Shown: positions 1-13,507, counted from the first letter of the stretch. The stretch: DNA of 64,000 nt from Vulcanimicrobiota bacterium (GCA_963733295.1 CAVTCS010000003.1:2816001-2880000); one strand, 5' to 3'. The notes: generated by a model not told the origin, from the sequence alone. Translations and numbers: made by a program.

Positions 1-10
1 CGCCCCGACG

Positions 11-820
11 CTACTTGAGCGCACTCGTGACGTCGCTCGTTATATCGAGGCCGCCGAAGATCAGATTGCCGCGATCGATCACCAAGATCAGGCCGTGCTT
101 CTTCGCCACCGTCGCAATCGCGGCGCGGGTTTGGTCGACGAGCGGCTGGATCAGCTGGGCCTGCTTGTCGGCGATGGTCTTGCGAGCGTCCTGGAAGATC
201 TTGCGTCGCTCGTCGTCCGTCTTGGCGGCGTGCATCGCTTGCTGCGCTTTCGCTTGCTCGTCGTTGGAGAACTTGAGGAACTCGTCGTTGACCGCCTTGA
301 TGCGCGGCACCGCGTCGATCTGCCGCTGGTCCACGTAGCCGACGCTCGAGGGCGGGGGCGTGGTGACCGGCGGAATCGGATCGCCGGGACCGGTCAGCAA
401 GTCGATGACGTTGCGCGTGACGTCCTGTCCGCCGAAGACGATGATGCGCTTGTCGACGATGACCGAGAGGTTCTTACTCGAGGCGACGGAGGCGATGGCG
501 ACCTGGGCGCGCTGGAAGAGCGGCCCCATCAGCTCGCGCTGCCGGTCGGCCAGTCGGTTCTGGAACTGCTGCGCGATGCGCGCTTGCGTAGTCGGATCCT
601 TGACGCCGCGCATCTGTTGCGCGAACTGCTTGTCCAGCTGTTGCTTGTAGGCGGCCAACTCGCGGTTCGCGCTTTGGAACGACGAAATGTTCGAAAGCGC
701 CGCCTGGTCGAGGAAGCCGATATCGGTGAGGTCGGCCGCGAGCGTCGCCGGCGCGAACGTCGCCGCGAGCACGAATGCGGCGAGCGCGGCGATGGTTTTG
801 GGATGGATCTTGATACGCAT
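11..820 (-). CDS. OmpH/Skp-family periplasmic chaperone with two tandem OmpH domains
   Basis: Signal peptide; two repeats of IGF/VGY-D...helical...L(S/I)(V/L)(I/V)xD...FGGxD(V/I)T; follows bamA. Confidence 0.85.
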   Translation of the reverse strand: MRIKIHPKTIAALAAFVLAATFAPATLAADLTDIGFLDQAALSNISSFQSANRELAAYKQQLDKQFAQQMRGVKDPTTQARIAQQFQNRLADRQRELMGPLFQRAQVAIASVASSKNLSVIVDKRIIVFGGQDVTRNVIDLLTGPGDPIPPVTTPPPSSVGYVDQRQIDAVPRIKAVNDEFLKFSNDEQAKAQQAMHAAKTDDERRKIFQDARKTIADKQAQLIQPLVDQTRAAIATVAKKHGLILVIDRGNLIFGGLDITSDVTSALK

Positions 821-825
821 CTCCG

Positions 826-3093
826 TCAGAAACTCTGTCCTATGCCGAAACTGGTGTGAAATTCGTTGAGGCCGCGGGCGAAGTCGATCCGGATCGAGCG
901 GAAGCCCAGCTGCGGCAGGTCGAACCGGAGACCGGCACCGACGTCGCCATAGTAGTACCAGTCGTTGTAGTCCGCGACAACATTACCGAATTGGTCGAGA
1001 AGGGGCTGGGCACCTCGGATTTTCTGGACTCCGTAGTCGGTGAAGAAGGCTAGGTTGAACTTCCGGTCGGCGGTCAACGGGTAGCGCAGCTCCGCTTGGA
1101 ACAGCCCTTCCTCCGTGCCGTAGAAGGTTTGGCTATAGCCCCGCAGCTGCTGATCGGAGAAGATGAACAGTTTGTTGGGTGGGATGGCCCCCGTCGTAAA
1201 ACCTCCCAGGAAGTGGAAACCGAGCGTCGAGGAGTGCAAAACGGGGAAGAATCTCGCCACGTCGAGCGTCGTAACCGTATATTGGAAGTCCGACCCGAGC
1301 ACGTGACCGCTCAACTCCTCGCTAAGAGAAGCCAGGACGCCGCGACGCGGATTGAAGACGTCGTCGCGCGAGTCGAGTTGCAGCCCCAGCGTAATGCTGC
1401 GCAGATTGTCGGACTCGCCGTTCGTGGTATTCGCGATCGAGGAAGCTTCGATGCCGAGCGTCGTCCCGTTATTGGTCGTGCCGAAGGGGCTCGTGCTGGT
1501 CGGGCTGTTGAGAATCGTCTGTTGCTGCCCGGCGAGAAAGTACGGCGCGGGTAGGGTCACGTCGGTCGCGATGCGCTGGGCCGTGGCTCCGAACGAGGCG
1601 GTCAGGGTGTCGGTGAGCCGGCGGCCGATGCTGCCCGAGATTCCATTTGCGCGGGTCGCGTAGTTGGCCGAGATGCCCGAAAGCACGTTGGAGTTCGGGG
1701 TGAGGATGACCGGGATCGTCCCTAAGCCGTTTCCGTTCGAGGGGCCGTGCGGATTGGGTGTCGAGATGATCGGACTGGGCGCGACCGACTGCGCCGACGA
1801 GGCCTGATAGGCCTGGTAATAGTTGATCTGGTTGTTGGTAAAGATCGACGCGCCCAGGCTGTAGCGCTGCGACTGCGGCGTGTCGCCGAGATACGGAATT
1901 CCAACCGAGAGCGAAGCGTCGGCGACGCGCACGCCGCGCTCGAAGCGAATCGTCGAGCTGTTGCCGGTGCCGTTGATGTTGTTCTGCGAATACGAAAGCG
2001 TACCGGTCAAGCCCTCACCGTTCGCGCCGCCGGAATAGCCGGCGCCGATCTGCGCGGTTCCGGTGCGCTGCTCTTTTACGTTCCAGTCCAAGGTGATCTC
2101 GTAGGGCTTCTTCGGATTCGGACCGGGCTTCGTGTTGAGATCGACTTTCTCGAAGTAACCGAGGTTGTTGAGCCGCTCGTAGTCGCGCCTCAAGAGCCCT
2201 TGCGTCACGAGCATTCCGGGCCGCAGACGGAGCTGGCGGCGGATGACGTTGTCCTTGGTGACGGTGTTTCCGGTGATCTGCACGGCGCCGACGACCATAG
2301 CGTAGATCGTGTATTTGACGGTCGCCGTGCCCTTCTCGAGGTTCACGGTCGCGGGGTCGACGCCGGCTTCGAAATCGCCGAGTTGCAGATCGTACTTTTC
2401 GTACAACTTCTTGACGTTCTCGAAGTCCTTGTCGCGCAGGTCCTCGGAGTACGGCTGACCGATCTTCAGCGAAAGCGACTGCTTGATCAGCTCCTTCGAG
2501 ATGAACGGCATGCCCTCGATCTGGATGTCGGCGACGGTGAGGCCCTCGCGAATCTGAAGGCTCAACGTGCCGTCCTTGCCGACGTTGACGCCGACCACGT
2601 GCGAAGGCAGCTGGCCCTGATATCCGATCTTGTCGTAGTACGAATTGATCTTCAGCACGTCCTGATGAAACGTGCTCGTGTTGAAGACTTGACCCGCCGA
2701 GGTGTCCATCAGCGCCAGCAGCGTGTCGCTCGGCACGTGGTCGTTGCCGCTGAAAACGATGCTGTTGATCACCGGATTCTCAACGACGCGAAAGGTGATC
2801 GCGATGCCGTCGGGCCGCTGCCTGATCAGCGGCGGAACCTGATCCGCAAAATAGCCGAGGTCGAAGATCGCCTGAAGATCCTCGCGTACGGTGGCCTCGT
2901 CGAAGGGCTGCCCGACCTTCGTCTTCACGACCGACAAGATGCGGTCGGTCGGCACGTGCACGTTTCCCGACACGTCGACGCTGACGACCAGCGGTGCAGT
3001 CGCCGCGGCTTGCGTCAGCGTAGGAACGAGCAGGTTCCAAACGACGGCGAGCGCGAGAAGCGCCCGACGCACGCGGCGAAGTCGGCAGATCAT
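826..3093 (-). CDS. bamA: BamA/Omp85 outer-membrane assembly factor (about 4 POTRA domains plus barrel)
   Basis: POTRA-type repeats (VDVSGN, IVFSGN, IQIEG, VQITGN), LRGY motif, C-terminal GIGQSF. Start placed at ATG 3093 before the signal peptide; frame is open to 3255. Confidence 0.9.
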   Translation of the reverse strand: MICRLRRVRRALLALAVVWNLLVPTLTQAAATAPLVVSVDVSGNVHVPTDRILSVVKTKVGQPFDEATVREDLQAIFDLGYFADQVPPLIRQRPDGIAITFRVVENPVINSIVFSGNDHVPSDTLLALMDTSAGQVFNTSTFHQDVLKINSYYDKIGYQGQLPSHVVGVNVGKDGTLSLQIREGLTVADIQIEGMPFISKELIKQSLSLKIGQPYSEDLRDKDFENVKKLYEKYDLQLGDFEAGVDPATVNLEKGTATVKYTIYAMVVGAVQITGNTVTKDNVIRRQLRLRPGMLVTQGLLRRDYERLNNLGYFEKVDLNTKPGPNPKKPYEITLDWNVKEQRTGTAQIGAGYSGGANGEGLTGTLSYSQNNINGTGNSSTIRFERGVRVADASLSVGIPYLGDTPQSQRYSLGASIFTNNQINYYQAYQASSAQSVAPSPIISTPNPHGPSNGNGLGTIPVILTPNSNVLSGISANYATRANGISGSIGRRLTDTLTASFGATAQRIATDVTLPAPYFLAGQQQTILNSPTSTSPFGTTNNGTTLGIEASSIANTTNGESDNLRSITLGLQLDSRDDVFNPRRGVLASLSEELSGHVLGSDFQYTVTTLDVARFFPVLHSSTLGFHFLGGFTTGAIPPNKLFIFSDQQLRGYSQTFYGTEEGLFQAELRYPLTADRKFNLAFFTDYGVQKIRGAQPLLDQFGNVVADYNDWYYYGDVGAGLRFDLPQLGFRSIRIDFARGLNEFHTSFGIGQSF

Positions 3094-3262
3094 ACGTGAA
3101 TGATAGGTTCCTTTCGCATCGTCACGTGCCGCGACGGCGCGGGCGTTGCGCTTCGACCTGCCGAGCAAACGCGCAGGCCCACCCGAATGTTTCTTTGTAG
3201 CGCCGCGGCCTTCGGTCCGGGTACGGGGGGCACCCCCCGCCGAGCGAGTGTCCATTCACAGC

Positions 3263-6200
3263 TTACGGCAGCAGGAGTTGCAGCGAAGCGGCGAAGCCGC
3301 TCGTCCCGCCGATCGGCTGAGCGGCCGTGATCCGGGTGCTCTGCGGCGTGCCGTAGAGCAGCGCCGGGTACGCGACGAAAATGTTCTGGGCGCCGACCGT
3401 ATCGAACGCCGTGACCTGAGCGGCGGTAAATTGATTCGGCTTGATCTCGAAACCGAACGACTGCCGCGTCGGGTAGCCGAACGTCTGTGAATAGATCGCG
3501 TTGACGAACTTGCCCAGACCTTTCCGGGCGGTGACGCCGACCGCGCCCGTAACGTCGACGTTGACGTTGATGTCGGAAAGGCCGAGCGCGCCGGCGGCCT
3601 GCGTCTCGAACGGCGCCAGTAGATTCTTCGTGAACTGCGCGTTGGCGATGTTGAAGGCTTGCTGCCCGATCGTATTCTGCCCGCTTGTATTGCGCGTGAC
3701 CGCGCCCGCCGGATACCCGTTCACGTCGAACAGGTTCGCTCCGAGGCTCGGCGCCCCGAGTAGCAGCCCCAAGATCTGCTCGCGGCTGTAGCTTGGGGTC
3801 GACGCGAGTTGGATATCGAGGTTGCTGACCGGGCCTTTTACCGTGATCGTTATGTCGGCCGAGCCCGAGACGTTCCGAAAACCGTTCGGATCGGGGTTGG
3901 ACACGTGCGTCGTCGCAACCGCATCCAGGTTGGGAATCAGCCCTTGGCTCGGATCGAACGTCACCTTTCCGCTCTGTACGCGAAACACGGTGTTGAAATA
4001 GCTGAGCGTGCCGCCGGTCGAATCGAGTTCGCCGCTCAGGCTCGGATCGGCCAGCGTCCCTCCCACGTGGATCGCGCCGGTCCCGCCGATATCGATGTTC
4101 GAACTGCGCACGCGAACGTTGCGCTCGGCGGTCACGTCCAGCGCGAGGTCGAGCTTGGGCCGCGCGGGAGCGGGCGAAGCTCCGGCCGGCGCCGGCGGCG
4201 CGACGAGACCAGGAACGTCGCTCGAGCCGGCCAGGGAAATTGCGCCGACGGAGAGCGCCGAAAACGGCACGACCGTGTCCGAAAGGCCCACTTTCCCGCT
4301 CAGGAGCGGCGGGCCGCCGGCGGGCCGCTCGAGCGTGACGCTCCCGTCGAGCGTGCCCCGCCCGTAAGCCGGAAGATCGAGCCGCAGGCCCCGCGTGAGC
4401 GCGGTCAGGCGGAAGCTGGAATCCAAACCGAGCGTCGCTCGCCCGCTCCCCTCGACGCTCCCCCCGCCGGCCTCTGCGTGGAAGCTTTCGAGTGTCGCGG
4501 CGTCGCGATCGAAGCTGACCGCCGCGCTGATTTTGCTCAACGGTTCGGTCTCGAAGCTGGGCACCGTCGCGGCACCGCCCGATAAAGTCAGGCGCCCCTC
4601 GACGCGCGGTGCACCGGCGGTCCCGGAGACGCCGACCCGGCCTTCGATCAGCCCGAGCAGGGTCGAACCTTTCGGCAACAGCGGGACGAAGTTCGAAAGG
4701 TCGAGGCCCCGGGAAGTGACCTCGACCTCGACCGGCGCAGCCGGTGGCCCGAAACCGAACGGCGAGAACGTGAAGGGCACCGCTCCTGCAAAATCCACTC
4801 GGCCCTTGGAGAGCACGAGTTCGGCGCCTTCGAGTTCCACGGAGCGGCCTTGGAGCCGGAACTGGCCGAGCGCTTGCGGGATCGCGATGCTCTGGAACGT
4901 CGCCTCGTGCACGTAGAAGCCGCCGGCGATGCTCGGCTTCGCGCGCGTGCCGGTCAGCTTGACGTCGGTTTCGCCCGATCCCCCAAGCGCGAGTTTCGCG
5001 CCGGTGAGGCGCGTGCCCAAGCCGGCGAGGTCGTTCGTCGTCGCGTGAAGCGAAAGTGCGATCGGATCGGTGGGCCCGACGCCGATGATTCCGCTTCCCG
5101 TGGCTTGCAACGTTCCGAGATCGAGCGCCGCCGCGGCCAGCGTCACGCTGCGCAGATCGGCCGTCGCTGAAAGGGTGAAGCGGTTGATCGGAATCTTGCC
5201 GTAATGTCCGCCGTTCAGACTCGCGCTGACTGCGAGATTCGGCTGACTCAAGCTTCCGGAAATTCGCGTGTCCGCATCCAGCCGTCCGGTCATCGGCAGT
5301 TGGTAACCGAGCACCGGCAGCCAGGTGCTGAGATCGAAATCGCGCAACGTCGCCTGCCCGTTGAAGCGCGAGTGCCGTAGCAGCGTCGCAAGCGGCGCGC
5401 GTCCCGCCAAGCGGACCGTACCCGCCGCATCGAGCCGGCCCGCCGCGCCTCCGAATGCGAGCTTGCCCGTCACGTTGCGCCCGTTGCTCGACCAGGTCGC
5501 GGTCGAGTCGCCCAAATTGAAACGCAGGTAGCGCAGGCCGGCGAACTCGACGTCGGCGTTCGTCGCGAGTTTGCCTCCACGACGCGAGAAGACGGCGTTC
5601 ACGCGACCGACGCCGTCCAGCGTATCGCCCGTATCGAAGAGGTCGTCGAAATCCGCGAGGTTCGCGCGCGAAGCGAAGAGTTTCGCCGCGAGATCGCCCG
5701 GGCGGTAATCGGCAGCGAAGGCGACCCGCGTCGAACCGACTGCGACCGTTCCATCTTGGGCGGACAGACCGTGCGGGTCCGCCGCGAAGCGGGCCGACGC
5801 GTCGCGGAAGGCTTGGCCTTGGAAGGTCCCCTCGGAAAGCGCGATGCGCCCCGCGACCGCGGGAGCGGCGCTCGTGCCGTTCACGCGCACGTCGGCATCG
5901 AAGGTGCCCGCGATGTCGTGACGCGCCGGAACGAGTAGTTGCGCAAACGGGACGACGCGCGCGTTCTCGGTGCTGACCGCAAGGTCGAGCGCGACCGGCC
6001 CTCGCCCGAGATCCGCGACGGTGCCGGCAAAGTGGCCGTAGTTGCCGTCGACCAAGGCTTCGCCGCCGTCCAGTTTGGCGGTGTCTCCGCGCAACGCGAT
6101 CCCGCTGCTGCCGGAGACCGAGAGATTCCTTACGCGCGCCGCCGCGAGCGAGAGCGTTCCGTCAAAATCGGTTCCGTCCGCCGCTTGACGAACGTTCCCC

Positions 6201-8422
6201 AGCGCTGCGATGCGTCCGCTCTCGAGCGGCGACCCGAGGCTGCGCAACGGCGCAGCGTTCGCTCCGGCGAGCGCGACGCCGAGGCGACCCGCGCCGCCCA
6301 CCGCGCCGGCGGCCGCGAACGTTCCGCCGGCCACCCGGGCGGTGGCTGAATAAACGCGCAGAACGTTCCCGGCGATCTCGATCGTGCCGCGCACGTCGCT
6401 CACCGGGACCCCGCGTATGCTAAGGTTCGCCGCGCCGGCGCCGCTCGACTGAACGACGGTTTTTCCCGAGCGGAGCAGGAGCGCGACGGGAGCGTCGAGC
6501 GGCCCCTTCGCCTCGACTTGACCGGTGAAGACCGCGAGCCGCTCAAGGCTGCCGCGGTAACGTCCGCTCAGCGCGAGTTGCTCGGGATCGTAGGCGGCGT
6601 TTCCCGCGAACGCGCCCCAGGGTCCGCTCGCCACGAGGTCTGAGGCCCGCAGGTCGGCCGGCGCACCCGCCACTCGCGCGGCCGAAACGCTGCCGATCCG
6701 GTAACGCCCGACGACGAAGTCCGCGAGCGACGCCGCCCCGGCCAAACGAAAATCGGAAGGATGGCCTTCACCGGCTAAGCGCGCATCGAGCCGGCCGCTG
6801 AAATCGGGCGGCGCGAGATTCGGCAGACCGGGCAGTTGCGGATGAGCGCTGCCCGGGCGGATCGCAAATCCGCTCGCGTCGAGCCAGAAGCCGCTCTCGG
6901 ACGACATGCGATTGGCGTAAAACGCGCCGGCCGCCGATCCCGAACCCTGGCGAATTGCAAACGGTCCGAACTCGCCGTCGCCGTTGCGGTCGAGCCGGAA
7001 GAGTCCCCGCACGCTCTCGTCGCCGGCAGCGCCGTCGGCCACACCTCGCGCGTCGATCGCGAGATCGCTTCCGCCCAGGACCGCGGTGACGCGCAAGGGC
7101 ACGCGCGGCACCGACTGCGCGACGAACGGCACCGTTCCCGGCGGCGCGCTTCCGTCGACCGCCAACTCCGACACGGCGCGATCGCCGAGATCCAAATAAC
7201 CGCGCGTTACCGAGTCGAACGCGCCGTAGCGCACGCTTGCGCGAACCAGCGAAAGACTGCTGTCGTAGTAGATCAGGTCGCCGGAAACGGCCTCGAGCGG
7301 AAACTTTCCATACGCGACGCGCTGCGAGTCGACGCGAACGTGCACGAGAGGTTGGCCGACCGCGCCCTCGACGACGGCACCGACCGCGACGTCGCCCGAG
7401 AGCGGCAAGCCCGCCGAGAAGTTGAAGGCCGAGCGCAGCGTTTCGAGCGGTCCCTTCGTGCGAAATCCGAGGCGGAACGCCGGCGCCTGCCAATCGTAGA
7501 TTCCGCCGGCGGCTTCGGCCGGCAGATCGGCGACCCGCGCCGTTATCCGGTTGCTCGCGATCCCGCCGTCGAACAGGTCGAAACGCGCCGTGACGTCGCG
7601 CAGCGGCAGGCGCAACCCCGGAATCCGCAGCGCGCCGCCGGACAGCCAGGCGCTGCCCGCGAAGTGGGTTGCACCCGAGGCGAAGGAATACACGACGACG
7701 TCGAGGTCCGAGACGCGGCCGCCCAGCACGTGCGCGGACCGGTAGTTGACCACATAGTTTAGGAGTGTAGTAACCGGGAGGTGTGGCGCGCGCAGCCGGT
7801 GCATCGCATAACGGCGCGTCACGTCGAGGGTGCCGGTCAACTCGAGCGGCGCGCCTTCGTACGTCGCGCCGGCGCGGTAGGTCGTGACTGCGCCCGTATC
7901 GACCGCGAAGCGCGCGTTGACGGAATCGAGCCTCAAGCGGCGCGCGGCGGGATCGACGCGGTGCGGGTCGACGATCTCGATCAGTCCGTCGCGGAGCGTT
8001 CCGGTCAGTATCAGCGGCGTACCGCCGGCCCCGGAAGGCGAGGACGGTCCGCCGCCGCCGCCGCTCAGATCGAAGGATCCATCGGCGTGCCGTACCAGCG
8101 TGAGGTGCGGCCGCGTGACCTCGACCGAGCGCAAACCGAAGCGCCGCTTACCCCCGGGCAAGAGGTCGCGCAAGTCGTACGCGACGTCGAGGCGCGCCAC
8201 GTCGAGAAAGGGGTCGCCGTTCCGCCGGACCGACAGGCCCTCGATCGTCAGGTGCTCGCGATCCGCAGTCAGCGCCGAGAACGAGACGTGGCTGCCGGTG
8301 AGGACGTCGAGCAGCCCTGCGACGACGGCGCGGGCGAGCGGCGCGCGAAACGCAATCGCCAGCAGCAGCGCTGCGACCGCGCCGGCCAGGAGCGCGATCC
8401 GGCGTCCTCTCAGATGCTGCAC
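3263..8422 (-). CDS. TamB/AsmA-like translocation and assembly module protein
   Basis: 1719 aa, N-terminal TM anchor, beta-rich repeats, C-terminal DUF490-like region; directly upstream of bamA. Confidence 0.8.
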   Translation of the reverse strand: MQHLRGRRIALLAGAVAALLLAIAFRAPLARAVVAGLLDVLTGSHVSFSALTADREHLTIEGLSVRRNGDPFLDVARLDVAYDLRDLLPGGKRRFGLRSVEVTRPHLTLVRHADGSFDLSGGGGGPSSPSGAGGTPLILTGTLRDGLIEIVDPHRVDPAARRLRLDSVNARFAVDTGAVTTYRAGATYEGAPLELTGTLDVTRRYAMHRLRAPHLPVTTLLNYVVNYRSAHVLGGRVSDLDVVVYSFASGATHFAGSAWLSGGALRIPGLRLPLRDVTARFDLFDGGIASNRITARVADLPAEAAGGIYDWQAPAFRLGFRTKGPLETLRSAFNFSAGLPLSGDVAVGAVVEGAVGQPLVHVRVDSQRVAYGKFPLEAVSGDLIYYDSSLSLVRASVRYGAFDSVTRGYLDLGDRAVSELAVDGSAPPGTVPFVAQSVPRVPLRVTAVLGGSDLAIDARGVADGAAGDESVRGLFRLDRNGDGEFGPFAIRQGSGSAAGAFYANRMSSESGFWLDASGFAIRPGSAHPQLPGLPNLAPPDFSGRLDARLAGEGHPSDFRLAGAASLADFVVGRYRIGSVSAARVAGAPADLRASDLVASGPWGAFAGNAAYDPEQLALSGRYRGSLERLAVFTGQVEAKGPLDAPVALLLRSGKTVVQSSGAGAANLSIRGVPVSDVRGTIEIAGNVLRVYSATARVAGGTFAAAGAVGGAGRLGVALAGANAAPLRSLGSPLESGRIAALGNVRQAADGTDFDGTLSLAAARVRNLSVSGSSGIALRGDTAKLDGGEALVDGNYGHFAGTVADLGRGPVALDLAVSTENARVVPFAQLLVPARHDIAGTFDADVRVNGTSAAPAVAGRIALSEGTFQGQAFRDASARFAADPHGLSAQDGTVAVGSTRVAFAADYRPGDLAAKLFASRANLADFDDLFDTGDTLDGVGRVNAVFSRRGGKLATNADVEFAGLRYLRFNLGDSTATWSSNGRNVTGKLAFGGAAGRLDAAGTVRLAGRAPLATLLRHSRFNGQATLRDFDLSTWLPVLGYQLPMTGRLDADTRISGSLSQPNLAVSASLNGGHYGKIPINRFTLSATADLRSVTLAAAALDLGTLQATGSGIIGVGPTDPIALSLHATTNDLAGLGTRLTGAKLALGGSGETDVKLTGTRAKPSIAGGFYVHEATFQSIAIPQALGQFRLQGRSVELEGAELVLSKGRVDFAGAVPFTFSPFGFGPPAAPVEVEVTSRGLDLSNFVPLLPKGSTLLGLIEGRVGVSGTAGAPRVEGRLTLSGGAATVPSFETEPLSKISAAVSFDRDAATLESFHAEAGGGSVEGSGRATLGLDSSFRLTALTRGLRLDLPAYGRGTLDGSVTLERPAGGPPLLSGKVGLSDTVVPFSALSVGAISLAGSSDVPGLVAPPAPAGASPAPARPKLDLALDVTAERNVRVRSSNIDIGGTGAIHVGGTLADPSLSGELDSTGGTLSYFNTVFRVQSGKVTFDPSQGLIPNLDAVATTHVSNPDPNGFRNVSGSADITITVKGPVSNLDIQLASTPSYSREQILGLLLGAPSLGANLFDVNGYPAGAVTRNTSGQNTIGQQAFNIANAQFTKNLLAPFETQAAGALGLSDINVNVDVTGAVGVTARKGLGKFVNAIYSQTFGYPTRQSFGFEIKPNQFTAAQVTAFDTVGAQNIFVAYPALLYGTPQSTRITAAQPIGGTSGFAASLQLLLP

Positions 8423-8535
8423 TTCCTTAACAACGTCGGCAGCATCGTGAGGCTCTCAGAGTCACTCTGCGCCGCTACGCGTCGAGATTCTTCACGCGGC
8501 CGGGCACCCCATCGGCCCAAACGGCCCCCGGTCCC

Positions 8536-11271
<2,736 letters not shown>

Positions 11272-12369
11272 CTAGGCCACCTCGCGCAAGGTCGCGGCCT
11301 CGACGCGGTAGGTTGCTGCGACGGGGACGTCGAGCTCGCCGGTCGTCGTGATGAAGGCTTGTTCGACGTCGCTTACGGCACGCAGCAGCGCACTCTGGCG
11401 CGCCCGGTCCAGCTCCGAGAGCACGTCGTCCAGCAGCAGAATCGGAGCCTCGCCGCCGCGCAGCGACATCAGCGCGTATTCGGCGACCTTGAGGGCGAGC
11501 ACCGCGGTACGCTGCTGACCTTGCGAACCGAAAGCCGCGAGCGAGTGTCCGTCGAGCCGGAACTCGAGGTCGTCGCGATGCGGGCCGACCAGTGCCGTCT
11601 TGCGCAGCGCTTCCGCCGCGCTGTGCGCCGCTAAACGCGCGCGGAAGGCCGCCTCGGCGCCGGCCTGCGTGGCAACTTCGAAGGGAACGTTCGGCGCGTA
11701 GCGCAGCTCCAATTCGCCTTCCGCGCCGCCGACCCAACTGTGCTGCGCCGCGCGAGCGTGCGCGCCGAGCGCTTCGATGTAGTTGCGCCGCGCCAGCATT
11801 AGCGCGGACCCGAGCGTAACGAGGCGCTCGTCATAGGTCGCGAGCAAAGCGGGATCGATCGCGCCCGGCCCGCGCAGCAGCGCACTCTTTTGCGCGACGT
11901 AGTTGCCGTACGAGGCGAGGCCGGCGTAGTATGCGGGGTTCTCTTGGGAAAGCGCGGCGTTGAGAAAACCGCGGCGCAAAGCGGGCGCTCCGGCCACGAG
12001 CTGCAAGTGCGCCGGAACGAAGGTGACGACCCGCAGGCGTCCGAGATACCCCGCGTAACGCACGTTTTTCCCGTTGAGCGCGTAGAGTTTGCGCGTTCCG
12101 TTCGCACCCGCCGTCAACGTGCACGAAAGGCGCACGCTGCCGGCGCGCAGCCGCGCTTCTCCGCTTAAGCTCGCGGCGGCGTGTCCCTCGCGGATCAGTT
12201 CGCCTTCGCGCGCGGTCCGGAAGGACTTCCCCGTACCGAGTAAACCGATCGCTTCGAGCAAATTGCTTTTTCCTTGAGCGTTCGCGCCGGCGAGCACGCA
12301 GAGACCGGGCGGCGGCCGAAACTCCAAGGTCGCGTAGTTGCGCACGTTGACGAGAGTGAGTTGCGTCAA
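11272..12369 (-). CDS. recF: DNA replication/repair protein RecF
   Basis: GANAQGKSNLLEAI, GPHRDDL, GSQGQQR, LLLDDVLSELD. Confidence 0.97.
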   Translation of the reverse strand: MTQLTLVNVRNYATLEFRPPPGLCVLAGANAQGKSNLLEAIGLLGTGKSFRTAREGELIREGHAAASLSGEARLRAGSVRLSCTLTAGANGTRKLYALNGKNVRYAGYLGRLRVVTFVPAHLQLVAGAPALRRGFLNAALSQENPAYYAGLASYGNYVAQKSALLRGPGAIDPALLATYDERLVTLGSALMLARRNYIEALGAHARAAQHSWVGGAEGELELRYAPNVPFEVATQAGAEAAFRARLAAHSAAEALRKTALVGPHRDDLEFRLDGHSLAAFGSQGQQRTAVLALKVAEYALMSLRGGEAPILLLDDVLSELDRARQSALLRAVSDVEQAFITTTGELDVPVAATYRVEAATLREVA

Positions 12370-12385
12370 CGTCAGACGCGAACCC

Positions 12386-13507
12386 TCATTGCCGTAGGGG
12401 CATGAGCACGTACATCTGGTGCACGCCTTCGGCCTCGTCCGAAGGCCGGATCGCCGCGGGCGAGAGCGGTCCTAGGAACTCGACGACGATTTGCGGAGCG
12501 TCGACGTGCGACAGGATCTCGACGAGGTAGCGCGCGTTGAATGCGATGGTCAGGTCTTCGCCGGTCTGCTCGACCTCGAGTTCCTCGTGCGCGTTTCCGG
12601 TCGTGTCGCTGTTGGCGGTGATGACCAGCTGCTGCCCCGAAACGCTCATCTTAACCATGCTCGCGCGATCGCCGGCGACGAGCTCGGCGCGCCGTAGCCC
12701 GGACATCAGCGCGCTCGTATTCACCGTGACCGAGCGATCGAATTGCGCCGGAATGACCTGACCGTAGTTCGGGTATTGCCCGTCGACGAGGCGCACGACG
12801 ATCGAGGTATTGGCGGCGGCGAACGCCAGTTGGTTGGCCGCCGGCCCCAGTGCGGACACCTCAACCGTCTCCGCGGCGCCGAGGTTGCGCGCGGCTTCGC
12901 TCAGCGCACGCGAGGGCACGATGTATTTAATCGTCGCTTCGTCTTCGACGCCGCGCGCCAACGTCGTCTCCCATTTGGCAAGCCGGTAACCGTCGGTCGC
13001 GACCATCGTGAGCTGATCGCCGGTGATCTCGAGCAACGTCCCCATCAAGACCGCGCCGCGCGCCTCCTCGCTGGATGCGGCGAAGATCGTGGCCGCAACG
13101 CCTTCGCGGAAGCGCTTCGCATCGATCGCAAACGACGTGCCCTTTTGCGAGGACGGCAGGGGCGGATATTCGTCGGCGGGCAGTGCGTGAAAGTCGTAGT
13201 TGGAGCGTTCGCACTTCACGCTCGCGCGCGTCGGCGTTCCGGAAAGCTCGACGATCCCCGGCGGCAGGTTCGCGAGGTAGCCGCTGAACAGCTTGGCCGG
13301 CACGGTGACGCTCCCGGCCTCCTTGATCTCGGCCGGAAATAAGTGTTCGAGGGTGAGTTCGAGATCGGTGGCGCGGACGCGGATCGCGTCGTCCGTCGCC
13401 GTAAGCAGGACGTTTCCGAGAATCGGTACCGTCGAGTGCGAGGGAACGATCTTGCTCGCCGCGCCGACCGCCGCCGCGATGTCCTTGGTGCTACACGAAA
13501 ACTTCAC
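12386..13507 (-). CDS. dnaN: DNA polymerase III beta clamp
   Basis: ATDLE, VATDGYRL, GQYPNY, FNARYL, C-terminal VLMP. Confidence 0.97.
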   Translation of the reverse strand: MKFSCSTKDIAAAVGAASKIVPSHSTVPILGNVLLTATDDAIRVRATDLELTLEHLFPAEIKEAGSVTVPAKLFSGYLANLPPGIVELSGTPTRASVKCERSNYDFHALPADEYPPLPSSQKGTSFAIDAKRFREGVAATIFAASSEEARGAVLMGTLLEITGDQLTMVATDGYRLAKWETTLARGVEDEATIKYIVPSRALSEAARNLGAAETVEVSALGPAANQLAFAAANTSIVVRLVDGQYPNYGQVIPAQFDRSVTVNTSALMSGLRRAELVAGDRASMVKMSVSGQQLVITANSDTTGNAHEELEVEQTGEDLTIAFNARYLVEILSHVDAPQIVVEFLGPLSPAAIRPSDEAEGVHQMYVLMPLRQ

